This document shows, in pieces, positions 9,101 to 19,916 of a stretch of 19,916 nucleotides of DNA. Every line of letters begins with the position of its first letter. Within the stretch, counting starts at the first letter, position 1. Below the pieces are notes generated by a model. It had not been told where the DNA came from and did not search any database. It saw only the letters and a list, made by a program, of their open reading frames with translations. Source of the stretch: Chthonomonadales bacterium (lineage in GTDB: Bacteria; Armatimonadota; Chthonomonadetes; Chthonomonadales; CAJBBX01); the NCBI GenBank assembly GCA_049967475.1, contig JBMFSQ010000004.1, forward strand, positions 1 through 19,916. The letters are read 5' to 3'. A program made the position numbers and the translations under genes.

Positions 9101-9310
9101 CTATTCGTCGCAATCGGCCACACGACGCGGAGTTTGGGAGAGATCCTCTGTTTGCCAGTTGTCGCAATCGAGCCGCTTGCAGTGGAGCATTCTTCGGGTG
9201 GACCCGTCTTCCATCTCCACGGTGGCGATGCAGGCATGCCGGCATGCCAAGCAGAGCGCCGGTTCCATGAGCCGGACGATCTTGAGCTGAAGAGGTTCGT
9301 TGCCTTCCAT
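9101..9310 (-). CDS. Small Cys-rich hypothetical protein (putative metal-binding)
   Basis: 69 aa with GAGGA RBS. Starts 13 nt after the stop of the STAS-like gene. Contains CLACRH and HCKRLDCDNW motifs; composition looks like a real protein rather than a shadow ORF. Confidence 0.7.
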   Translation of the reverse strand: MEGNEPLQLKIVRLMEPALCLACRHACIATVEMEDGSTRRMLHCKRLDCDNWQTEDLSQTPRRVADCDE

Positions 9311-9323
9311 GGACGTGTCCTCA

Positions 9324-9746
9324 CTACCGGCAATAGGGGCAGGGGGTTCCTCCGTATTCAGCGAGATAGGCTCGGCAGATGGGGCCAGGCGAAAGAAGAC
9401 GCATTCGCTTGATCCGTGCGAGCGCCTCTATCTCACTGTGGGTTATTCGGATGCCGGGCTGGGCTGCGAGCTGCGCAACATCCGCCGAAGCCTGGGGGTG
9501 CACCAGCGTCAAGTGCCCGCAATGGCCGCGAAGCGCGGCGGCAGCGCGCACCAAGATCGGCAAAAGAGATCTGTTGAGCGCGCCGGCCTGGCAAACATTG
9601 AGGATCACCTCGAAGTGCCCGGCTTCAGCCAGGGCCGAGATAGTGCGGTGCACTACCTGTTCGGCGCCCTCGCCCATCTGTGCGCGAACGTCTATGATGG
9701 GTATGCCGCTGTGCAACCTCAAGCTGACGGCATCCATGCCGGTCAT
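9324..9746 (-). CDS. STAS-domain / anti-sigma-factor-antagonist-like protein (degenerate)
   Basis: ATG 9746 after an AAGGA RBS. Pattern IPIIDVRAQM...ISALAEAGHFEVILNV...LVRAAAALRGHCGHLTLV...IRITHSEIEALA resembles the SpoIIAA/RsbV STAS fold. C-terminal extension ends CPYCR. Confidence 0.65.
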   Translation of the reverse strand: MTGMDAVSLRLHSGIPIIDVRAQMGEGAEQVVHRTISALAEAGHFEVILNVCQAGALNRSLLPILVRAAAALRGHCGHLTLVHPQASADVAQLAAQPGIRITHSEIEALARIKRMRLLSPGPICRAYLAEYGGTPCPYCR

Positions 9747-9777
9747 TGCCTGATCCTTGTGCGATAGGTTATGACCA

Positions 9778-9805
9778 TTATCGGCGGCTCCTAATGCGTT
9801 CCGTA
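9778..9805 (-). promoter_or_regulatory. Putative sigma-28 (FliA/SigD) promoter
   Basis: Exact -10 consensus GCCGATAA at 9785-9778, 31 nt before the STAS start codon. The -35 is weak (TACG at 16-nt spacing versus consensus TAAA-N15). Confidence 0.5.
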
Positions 9806-9834
9806 ACGCTCGCGGCCGGTCCGTGGTGAGAGAG

Positions 9835-9894
9835 CCCGGTGTGCGGACACGGCGGGACGGGGAGGACCTGTCCCTGTGCGCGCCGCACACCGGG
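9835..9894 (-). terminator. Long stem-loop immediately after the 84-aa gene (terminator or stabiliser)
   Basis: Perfect 12-bp inverted repeat CCCGGTGTGCGG/CCGCACACCGGG (9835-9846 and 9883-9894) with inner GGGAC/GTCCC pairing. It begins directly after the TAA and is followed by CTCTCTC rather than a U-tract. Confidence 0.5.
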
Positions 9895-10149
9895 TTACGC
9901 CAGGATATCAACGCGGCCGGGTCCGTCGGCAGGGCTGGTCTCTGCCGTGTACGTACCCTGCAACCGTTCCCGGATGCGGTTGATGCTGGCGCTGAGCTGA
10001 TCTTCTAGAGCGGCCTCCAAGTGCTGCCTCCGGGCTTCGCCGCCGCGGATTTGCTGGTTCCCGCCCGCGAATTGCGCCGGTGCGGATGGGCGCTCCACCC
10101 GGATCAGACCCAGCCGCTCTATTGACGAGAGAGGGTCGAAGCCGGCCAT
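9895..10149 (-). CDS. Small hypothetical protein with C-terminal GxVDIxA motif
   Basis: 84 aa with a strong RBS (AGGAGGAGAGAGT-ATG). Ends GTYTAETSPADGPGRVDILA and is followed by a stem-loop. Confidence 0.7.
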   Translation of the reverse strand: MAGFDPLSSIERLGLIRVERPSAPAQFAGGNQQIRGGEARRQHLEAALEDQLSASINRIRERLQGTYTAETSPADGPGRVDILA

Positions 10150-10278
10150 ACTCTCTCCTCCTGTTCCTTGCCGCTCGTGGCACCTTTGCCCTCGAGCGGG
10201 CCGCGTGTGTGGCAGATGCCTGCGGCCTCACCCCAGGCGATCTCCCACTTGGCCGGCAGGGAGCGTGCGCGCGATAAC

Positions 10279-10326
10279 CCCGGGTGCACCCTTGGCATTA
10301 CGGCTGCCTCCAAGGACGCACCCGGG
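10279..10326 (-). other. 17-bp stem-loop in intergenic region
   Basis: Minus strand CCCGGGTGCGTCCTTGG-N14-CCAAGGGTGCACCCGGG is fully paired with two tandem G-U wobbles. The same positions are A-C mismatches on the plus strand. Confidence 0.55.
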
Positions 10327-10534
10327 TCTGGACCATTGGGCCGATCTTGCGAATAGCGTGCATGCAAGCGCGCGCGGTCCACGCGCCCGGCCAGCCGTTC
10401 CCCTCCGGAGGGCTTCCCCGGAGTGTCCACGCAGCGGCGTCGGTCCCTTTCTGCGCCGCGTGAGGAGAACAGCAACTTCATCTTCGGTTCGGGGCGGAGC
10501 GAGGTCCACCGGTATGGGTGCGGGTTTCGTAGCG

Positions 10535-13500
10535 CTAGTGCAGGGTGACTTGTAGAGAGGAGCCGGCCTGCATCAAAACAGGGGCGCTTAGCCCGATGGT
10601 GATCGTGTCTCCTTCGCGATGCACGCTTGCGGCGAGGCGTTTACCGTCCAGAACCACCTCCGCATGGTTCGATCCTGCATCGTGAAGGGGCTGTAGAAGG
10701 ATGCGCCGGACGAGAAGTGTGCCCCAGGCCAGCTCGATGCTGCTGCGCTGCCTTCCTCCCGAGCGTGACTGGCGGAACAATCCCCATCCTTCGGCACCCG
10801 TGAAGAAGGACGCGTGCCGTTCCGGATGCCACACCGGCTTAAAGCCAATAGTGCCGGCAGGACCGTCATACAGGAAGCCCTGAGCAGCCAGGAGGAGCGC
10901 CCACACACTCATGGCGCGGGCGTAGAACTTGCCGCATTCGTCGTCGCCGAAGGGGTTTCCACTGTACCCCCATGAGGCAAAGCCGCCCGGTGTAAGGCCG
11001 GTCCGTTTGCGGCCATCGTACCGGTTGCTTATGGCGTGCACCACAAGGAGGCTCTCACGCACAAGACCATGCTGAAGCATGGCTCCGGCTGCGGAGTACT
11101 CGAAGCCGGTCATAACCTCGTCACCGTAGAGGATCGCAGGAACAGGTCGCGGCCCACGCGGCCAGGTAATCATTTGCATGCCGGCGTCATCATCGGCTAC
11201 GAACTTGCGCGGGGATTGCACGACGCCGTGAAAATCCGGCTGAAAGTTGTACCGGATGAGGGACTTCAAAGCGCTGCGCACGCGTTCAAGCGGATAGGCG
11301 TCGGGAATGCCGAGCTGGCGTGCCCACCATTCCCCAAGCACTTGGTCTATGGCGCAGCCGGTGCCGTAATCCTGCCTGGGCTGAGGATCGGGGATCTGGA
11401 TATAGTATTCTCCGTTCCAGAGCGTCTGGTTCTGGCGGAGCGCCCCGGACGCTCGAATGCGGCGGTATCGTGTGGCTGAAGCCATCTCTCCATGCATCTC
11501 GGCCATGCGCGCCGATGCTTCCAACGCAGCCAGATAGAGGGTGCCCATCCACGAAGTACTCCCTCCGAGTTCACCGTCCAACGTGTTCCACTGAGCGCCT
11601 GCAAGTACGCCGTCCTCATCGGGGTCCCAATGGGCAATGGTGTGCTCCATGGCTTTGCGCACTTTTGGCCATAGCGTAGCGAGCCATGTGCCATCCGTGG
11701 AGCACAGATGCTCACGGTAGGCCCCAAGGATGTCGCCGCACTGGCCGTCGAATGCAGGGGGCAGGCTCGGATGGCGGTGTGGAAGCGATCCGTCCGGCTT
11801 CTGGTAGGAAAAGGTCTCTTCACGCATGCGCCGAGCGATGGCAGGAAAGAGGCGCGCGTGGGCTTGGGCGTAATGCCAAACATGGGTGCAATTACCGGCG
11901 CAGCAACCTGAATTGGGCTGGCAGCCTTCCCACGCGCCGAAGTAGCCATCCGCCGCCCAGAAGCACGTCTTGCTCCTTAGGATTGCGGTCTGTGACGTGA
12001 TGCGGTCTTTGAGCCACCACGGAATGTTGGTTTTGTAGAAGAGGTCATGGTAGAGGCGCGTTTGCCGCTCCAGCGCTGGGAGGTTCGCCATGAGATAACG
12101 CGCTACGGAAAGGGCGTCCGGCCACCAGTTGTGGTACATGTTCCCACGATGTTCCCAGCCGGATATCTCGCCTCCGTGACGGGCGTTGGGAAAGCTCCAT
12201 GTAAGAACGAACGACACCGTTGTGCGATGCCCGGGAAGAAGCTTCACCGGTACGATGAGGGCGCCGTCGAGTGTTTGGCCCGGCGGAGAAGGGCCTGCTT
12301 CATCCGGAAGGTTGGACTGGAGCCCGTGGAGCGATGCGGCCAGGGCGTCGAGAGCGGCTCGCGAACCAGCAAGGGCGGGGATGCCTGCAGCCGCCTCGGT
12401 GGTGAGAAGCACCATATCTCCCCACGATGGTGAAGACGGGTCGGCGTCTGACGTCATGTGCAGCAGCGTTGAGCCTCCGTCGCGCACGATGCGGTTACGG
12501 TTTCCTCCATATCCCGAGGCTCGGTTGAGGAGGATGGGCGCCGTTCCGTCATATCCCACGGCATTCTGCTGCAGGGCCAGGAGGGCGACGGTAATTGGGC
12601 TTGCTCCGGAATTCGCCACAGTGATGTTGAAGATGGCGCATGGGATTGCGGAGTTCTGTGTGTCGAGCGGGATGAGCGGGTTATAGACTTCCATCGAGAC
12701 GGACACCGGAAGATCCTCATCGTGGAAGGTGTACCAGGCGAACGGATATTCGCCACGGAACGAGAGATCGGCCATAGCCGGAAAGGGCGCAACCGGAACG
12801 GTTTGAAGAGCGCGGAACACGGGTTCTCGGCCGGCAGGCGCCGCGGCTACAGCGAAGAAGCTGTTCGGGAGAACCCCTCCGTCGAAGTTGTTGAAGATCT
12901 GCCAGATGGCGCGCTCCCCTTTGCCATTCATCTGGATGCATCCGGTACCGATGCCTCCTACGGTAAAGCTGATAGCCTCGAGATGGGCTCCCCGGTAGAT
13001 GCGCGGTGATCCCGGCGCAACGAGCTGGGGGTCCCGAAGCATTCGGCTGACCTTTGCGCGGCGCGCGCGGGCGCGTTCGGCTTCGCGGCGGCGCTTTGCC
13101 TCCAAAATGCGCTGCCGTCGTTCCATCCAACCTGCGGCCCTAAGGTGTGCGAGGATGCGCTGAGGCTGCAGAGCTTGGCGGTAGACGGCTACTTCGGCGA
13201 TACGGCACGCTGCGGCTTCGGCCCCGTCGGGCGACGAGGCGCCAAGGATCAAGGGCAGGCCAGTATGGTCTTCGTTGAAGGAGGCGGTGCCCGTACTCTC
13301 GCATGGGATACCGTCCAGATACACTTCCAGGCGATCCGGACGAGACACGACGGCCAGATGGTGCCATTCCCCGAATTCAAGGCGGCCGGAAGGAGGCCGG
13401 CAGCTTGCCACCGATTTCCCGTTCCAAACGTCAATGCTGGATCGGTCGGAATGGTAATGAATGCTGAAGCGCGTTTGGGGCGATGTGATGCGTTGCGCGA

Positions 13501-13882
13501 TGATGCAGGGGTTGTACGAGGGCGCCGCTGAGGGAAGGAGGCAGAAAAAGAGTTCTACCGTTGCTTCCTGCGAGGGAGGAAAGGCGGCGGCATCGAATAG
13601 AACGCTGCGCCCGGACATGAGGGCAAGGGAAGGTGTTCCGAGAGGTCCATCTTCGTATGAGGCAGCTCCGCCGCGCTCCATGCCTTCAACTGCGCCAAAG
13701 GCCGGACGCAGGCTGCCGTGAAGAGGCCAGTAGGCTACAAGACCGGATTCCTTGAGCACTGCAGCTCCGTAGCGCGATGCTTCGTCCGGAAGCAATGTTC
13801 CTGTGCTCGCGGCTAAGGCAAGGCGCTTAAGGAACTCCCTACGCGTATGCGGCCGGCTACCCTTTCCCATCCCGTTGTTCAT
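10535..13882 (-). CDS. Tat-exported GH116-family glycoside hydrolase with N-terminal LamG/concanavalin-like domain
   Basis: Twin-arginine signal TRREFLK. LamG motifs LVAYWPL, GEWHHLAVV, LEVYLDG and IAEVAVY. GH116 N-domain motifs GGIGTG, FRGEYPFA and NPLIP...SAIP. Catalytic-domain motifs FGAWEGC, WNTLDG, YGDEVMTGFEY and ECGKFYARAMS. ATG 13882 overlaps the upstream TGA (ATGA). Confidence 0.85.
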   Translation of the reverse strand: MNNGMGKGSRPHTRREFLKRLALAASTGTLLPDEASRYGAAVLKESGLVAYWPLHGSLRPAFGAVEGMERGGAASYEDGPLGTPSLALMSGRSVLFDAAAFPPSQEATVELFFCLLPSAAPSYNPCIIAQRITSPQTRFSIHYHSDRSSIDVWNGKSVASCRPPSGRLEFGEWHHLAVVSRPDRLEVYLDGIPCESTGTASFNEDHTGLPLILGASSPDGAEAAACRIAEVAVYRQALQPQRILAHLRAAGWMERRQRILEAKRRREAERARARRAKVSRMLRDPQLVAPGSPRIYRGAHLEAISFTVGGIGTGCIQMNGKGERAIWQIFNNFDGGVLPNSFFAVAAAPAGREPVFRALQTVPVAPFPAMADLSFRGEYPFAWYTFHDEDLPVSVSMEVYNPLIPLDTQNSAIPCAIFNITVANSGASPITVALLALQQNAVGYDGTAPILLNRASGYGGNRNRIVRDGGSTLLHMTSDADPSSPSWGDMVLLTTEAAAGIPALAGSRAALDALAASLHGLQSNLPDEAGPSPPGQTLDGALIVPVKLLPGHRTTVSFVLTWSFPNARHGGEISGWEHRGNMYHNWWPDALSVARYLMANLPALERQTRLYHDLFYKTNIPWWLKDRITSQTAILRSKTCFWAADGYFGAWEGCQPNSGCCAGNCTHVWHYAQAHARLFPAIARRMREETFSYQKPDGSLPHRHPSLPPAFDGQCGDILGAYREHLCSTDGTWLATLWPKVRKAMEHTIAHWDPDEDGVLAGAQWNTLDGELGGSTSWMGTLYLAALEASARMAEMHGEMASATRYRRIRASGALRQNQTLWNGEYYIQIPDPQPRQDYGTGCAIDQVLGEWWARQLGIPDAYPLERVRSALKSLIRYNFQPDFHGVVQSPRKFVADDDAGMQMITWPRGPRPVPAILYGDEVMTGFEYSAAGAMLQHGLVRESLLVVHAISNRYDGRKRTGLTPGGFASWGYSGNPFGDDECGKFYARAMSVWALLLAAQGFLYDGPAGTIGFKPVWHPERHASFFTGAEGWGLFRQSRSGGRQRSSIELAWGTLLVRRILLQPLHDAGSNHAEVVLDGKRLAASVHREGDTITIGLSAPVLMQAGSSLQVTLH

Positions 13883-14748
13883 CCACCTATCTCCTGACGC
13901 CACGAGTGGCTGGGCCACCATCCCAGCACCTCACGAGCATGGGTGCAATCTACCACGGACCGGTATGGGTTTTCGGCGAAGTAGGCATCGCGATCCACCC
14001 GCCATGGAACGTCTGGGTAGTGGCGCGCAATAAGGTCCGGCGTAGGGATGTCCAGCGTGGTATCTTCGGCTGCCAGCAGAAAGGCGTCATGCGCCAAACC
14101 CTGCGCCGTGAGGCTTGCCATCACCGCTGCTACCACGTCCCGCACGTCTACATAGGACCAGTAATCCACCTTTCCGCGTGTTTCGCGATGGAAGCCGTAG
14201 AAGCTAGGATCCTTCCAATGGGCGTAATATTCGGGATGGGTTACGAACATGGGCCTGAGGGCGATGGTGACCATCCCGGTGCGCAGGGTGAACGAGCGGC
14301 ACATCTCCTCACCCAAGTGCTTGGAGAGCTGATAGGGCGACACGGGATGGCGGGGATAGGCGTCGTCTATGGGGAAGTAAAGGGTTGTGCGGTGTCCCTG
14401 GAAGTTGCCCAGGGAATTCACGCTGGAGAAGAAGATCACGCGCTCCACCCCGGCTTCTGCCGCCGCCAGAAGCACATTCCATGTTCCCACAACATTGGTG
14501 GTGAAGACTTCGTTGGGATTTCCCGAGCGATCTCCCGGGACGGCCGCAAGATGCACTACAGCATCCATTCCTTGCGCGGCGCGGCGGACCTCTCCGATGG
14601 AGCGGATATCCGCGGGGTAGTGGTCCCATGGGTCGTTTCGGGGCTGGGCCGCTTGATCCAGCGTCCTAAGGGTATGCCCAGCGCCGGCGATGGCCTGCGT
14701 CACCTCGCGACCGATGTGGCCTGTGTTGCCGGTGATCAGAATGCGCAC
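13879..14748 (-). CDS. NAD-dependent epimerase/dehydratase (extended SDR)
   Basis: ILITGNTGHIG Rossmann motif, DAVVHLAA, TNVVGTWNV, FFSS, catalytic YQLSK and YVDVRDV. GTG start after a GGGAGG RBS. Confidence 0.92.
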   Translation of the reverse strand: MRILITGNTGHIGREVTQAIAGAGHTLRTLDQAAQPRNDPWDHYPADIRSIGEVRRAAQGMDAVVHLAAVPGDRSGNPNEVFTTNVVGTWNVLLAAAEAGVERVIFFSSVNSLGNFQGHRTTLYFPIDDAYPRHPVSPYQLSKHLGEEMCRSFTLRTGMVTIALRPMFVTHPEYYAHWKDPSFYGFHRETRGKVDYWSYVDVRDVVAAVMASLTAQGLAHDAFLLAAEDTTLDIPTPDLIARHYPDVPWRVDRDAYFAENPYRSVVDCTHAREVLGWWPSHSWRQEIGG

Positions 14749-14932
14749 GATGCCTTGCCTCCCGTTCGTACATGCGGCACAGGAATTACAGGATGGTTAT
14801 GCAGCCTACGCTCGAACTCCTCCGCATCGGATGGGAGGAATTTGCCGGGAGCGGCACTAACCCGATTGCAGGAAACCACGATCCGGAGACACTCCGCCGA
14901 ATCGTGGACGCAGCTTGCCAGGAGGCGACTCG

Positions 14933-17016
14933 ATGATCCATCGGATGCGCACGGTTCATGTGGGGCTCTTCGTTGCCGCAGGCATCTTCTTCAAGGCGCC
15001 GGTGCGGGCGCAACAGCCTCCGGATACGGCGAACCTCATTCGGAATACACCCATTCGCATCGCGCCGGGGCCCTTCCAGCCAAATTGGGAAAGCCTTAAA
15101 CGCTATCAGTGCCCGCGTTGGTTTCGGGATGCCAAGTTCGGCATCTGGGCGCATTGGACGGCACAATGCGTTCCGGAACAGGGGGATTGGTACGCCCGCA
15201 ACATGTACATTCAGGGGAGCGCCCAGTACAATTATCACGTGGCTCACTACGGGCATCCCTCCAAGTTTGGCTTCAAGGATATTGACCATCTTTGGCATGC
15301 CGAACACTGGGATCCGGAACGGCTGATGGAACTCTACAAGCGGGCCGGTGCCCGATACTTCGTAGCCATGGCCAACCATCACGACAATTTCGATTGCTGG
15401 AACTCCACTTTCCAGCCGTGGAACTCGGTGCGCGTTGGACCCCACAAAGATATCGTGGGCATCTGGGCCCGCGTCGCCCGACGCCATGGGCTTCGCTTCG
15501 GGGTAACCGTCCATTCCGCACGGGCTTGGGATTGGTTCGACGTAGCCCATGGGAGCGACGCCGCGGGTCCTCTCAAAGGCGTGCCCTACGACGGTGTCCT
15601 GACGAAAGCCGACGGCAAGGGAATGTGGTGGGATGGGCTCGATCCCTCCGACCTTTATGGACCGGCAGGCTCGGCAAGAACGCCGGAAGCCTATGAACTG
15701 TACGTGAAGAAGTGGTTCTTGCGCACGCAGGACTTGGTAGACAAGTATCATCCCGACCTGCTCTATTTCGACGACAGCCGATTGCCGCTGGGATGGGCGG
15801 GGCTGAGCATAGCAGCCCACTTCTACAACGCCAACAGGGCGCGCCATGGCGGCCGGCTGGAGGCGGTGCTCACTACAAAGAATATGCCTCCGGATCTTCG
15901 CAGCACGGTGGTATGGGATATAGAGCGCGGGCGCAGCGACCGCATCGAACCGTACCCATGGCAAACGGACACCTGCATAGGAGATTGGCACTACCTTCGC
16001 TCTCTGTATGAACGTCACGCCTATAAAAAGGCGTCTCAGGTGGTGCCCATGCTGGTAGACATCGTGAGCAAGAACGGCAATCTCCTGCTCAACATTCCCG
16101 TGCGCGGGGACGGGACCATTGATGCGGACGAAGTAGCATTCTGCGAGGATATGGCCCGCTGGATTGCGGTGAACGGTGAATGCATCTATGGGACGCGGCC
16201 CTGGATCGTCTTCGGGGAGGGCCCCACGCGATTGCGCGCCGGGTCGTTCAACGAAAACGCAGCCACGCGTTATACGGCGGCGGATATCCGCTTCACGACG
16301 AAGGGACCCATCCTTTACGCCATCGCTCTGGGCTGGCCCGCCGATGGAAGGCTCGTGATCAGATCACTGGCAGCCGTCGGCGGGGCCAAGGGGCGCGTTA
16401 CAGGCGTGCAGCTTTTGGGCCATCCTGGGTTTTTGCGCTTCGAACAAAGCGAAGATGGCCTCGTGGTGCACTTGCCGGCCAAGAGACCTTGCCAGTATGC
16501 GTACGCTTTGCGCATCACGGGGCGCAATCTTCGAGACTTCCACCCCGAACTTGCCCCTCAGGCGCCGGCGCCCAGCGTAGCGCCCGATGCGCTCGGCAAT
16601 GTGGAACTCTCTGCTGACCAGGCAGATCTGCATGGCGCACTCCAGGTGGAGCAGCGCGGCAGCCGGCCCAATATCGGGTTTTGGGACAATCCGGCCGATC
16701 AGGCGGAATGGCGCGTGCGCAGTCTGCCGAGCGGAACATACGAAGTTACAGCACGATGCGCGTCGGTGGCCGGCACGAGCCTGGCTCTTATGGTGGCAGG
16801 TCGCACACTTACGGCACGCGTGCCTGCTACGGGGAGTTGGGACGAATATCGCACCATAAGGTTCGGCACTGTGGAAGTACCTCAAACCGGCCAAGCGAGG
16901 GTAGTGGCCCAGGCCGCCGATCCTTCTGAGTGGAAAGCCGTCAACCTCCAGTGGATCCGGCTCGAGCGGATACAGCAGAAGCCTGCTGCACCCTCCGGGG
17001 CCGGAGCGGCACATCC

Positions 17017-17020
<4 letters not shown>
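14933..17020 (+). CDS. Secreted alpha-L-fucosidase (GH29) with C-terminal CBM6/CBM35-like module
   Basis: WFRDAKFGIWAHW, AGARYFVAMANHHDNF, DLLYFDD (nucleophile region), DIVSKNGNLLLNI and NGECIYGTRPW. Tail NIGFW...ATGSWDEY...VNLQWIRL is CBM-like. AGGAGG RBS and signal peptide. Confidence 0.93.

Positions 17021-19916
<2,896 letters not shown>

Noticed and set aside
9747..9911. Longer 195-aa version of the STAS ORF
   Set aside because: The extension crosses the hairpin, the putative promoter and the upstream gene. ATG 9746 has the RBS and begins the domain.
10119..10555. Short ORFs (93-120 aa) in the intergenic region
   Set aside because: Arg/Gly/Pro-rich, no convincing RBS or motifs, and overlapping strong hairpins.
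13906..16018. Long ORFs 13906..15099 (+) and 14786..16018 (-)
   Set aside because: Shadows of the SDR and GH29 genes.

Overview
GC-rich bacterial chromosomal window with no transposase, integrase, CRISPR array or rRNA. It starts with a CDF (CzcD/ZitB-type) metal exporter and a pair of short-chain chromate transporters. Next come a secreted beta-propeller plus uncharacterised acidic-motif domain protein, whose 3' end runs antisense into a tRNA-Ser(TGA), and a secreted five-bladed-propeller glycoside hydrolase. A stand-alone gyrA follows, with an atypical QRDR (HGESVVYP). After gyrA are three small minus-strand genes (84-aa protein, degenerate STAS protein, 69-aa Cys-rich protein) among strong hairpins, with an exact sigma-28 -10 box (GCCGATAA) before the STAS gene. 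The window ends with a divergent glycan-degradation block (SDR epimerase + Tat-exported LamG-GH116; GH29 fucosidase + GH2-CBM32) and a probable truncated convergent gene at the right edge. The best candidate for an undescribed system is the putative FliA-driven STAS/Cys-protein module at about 9100-10330. All family calls come from motif recognition by eye; no searches were run.
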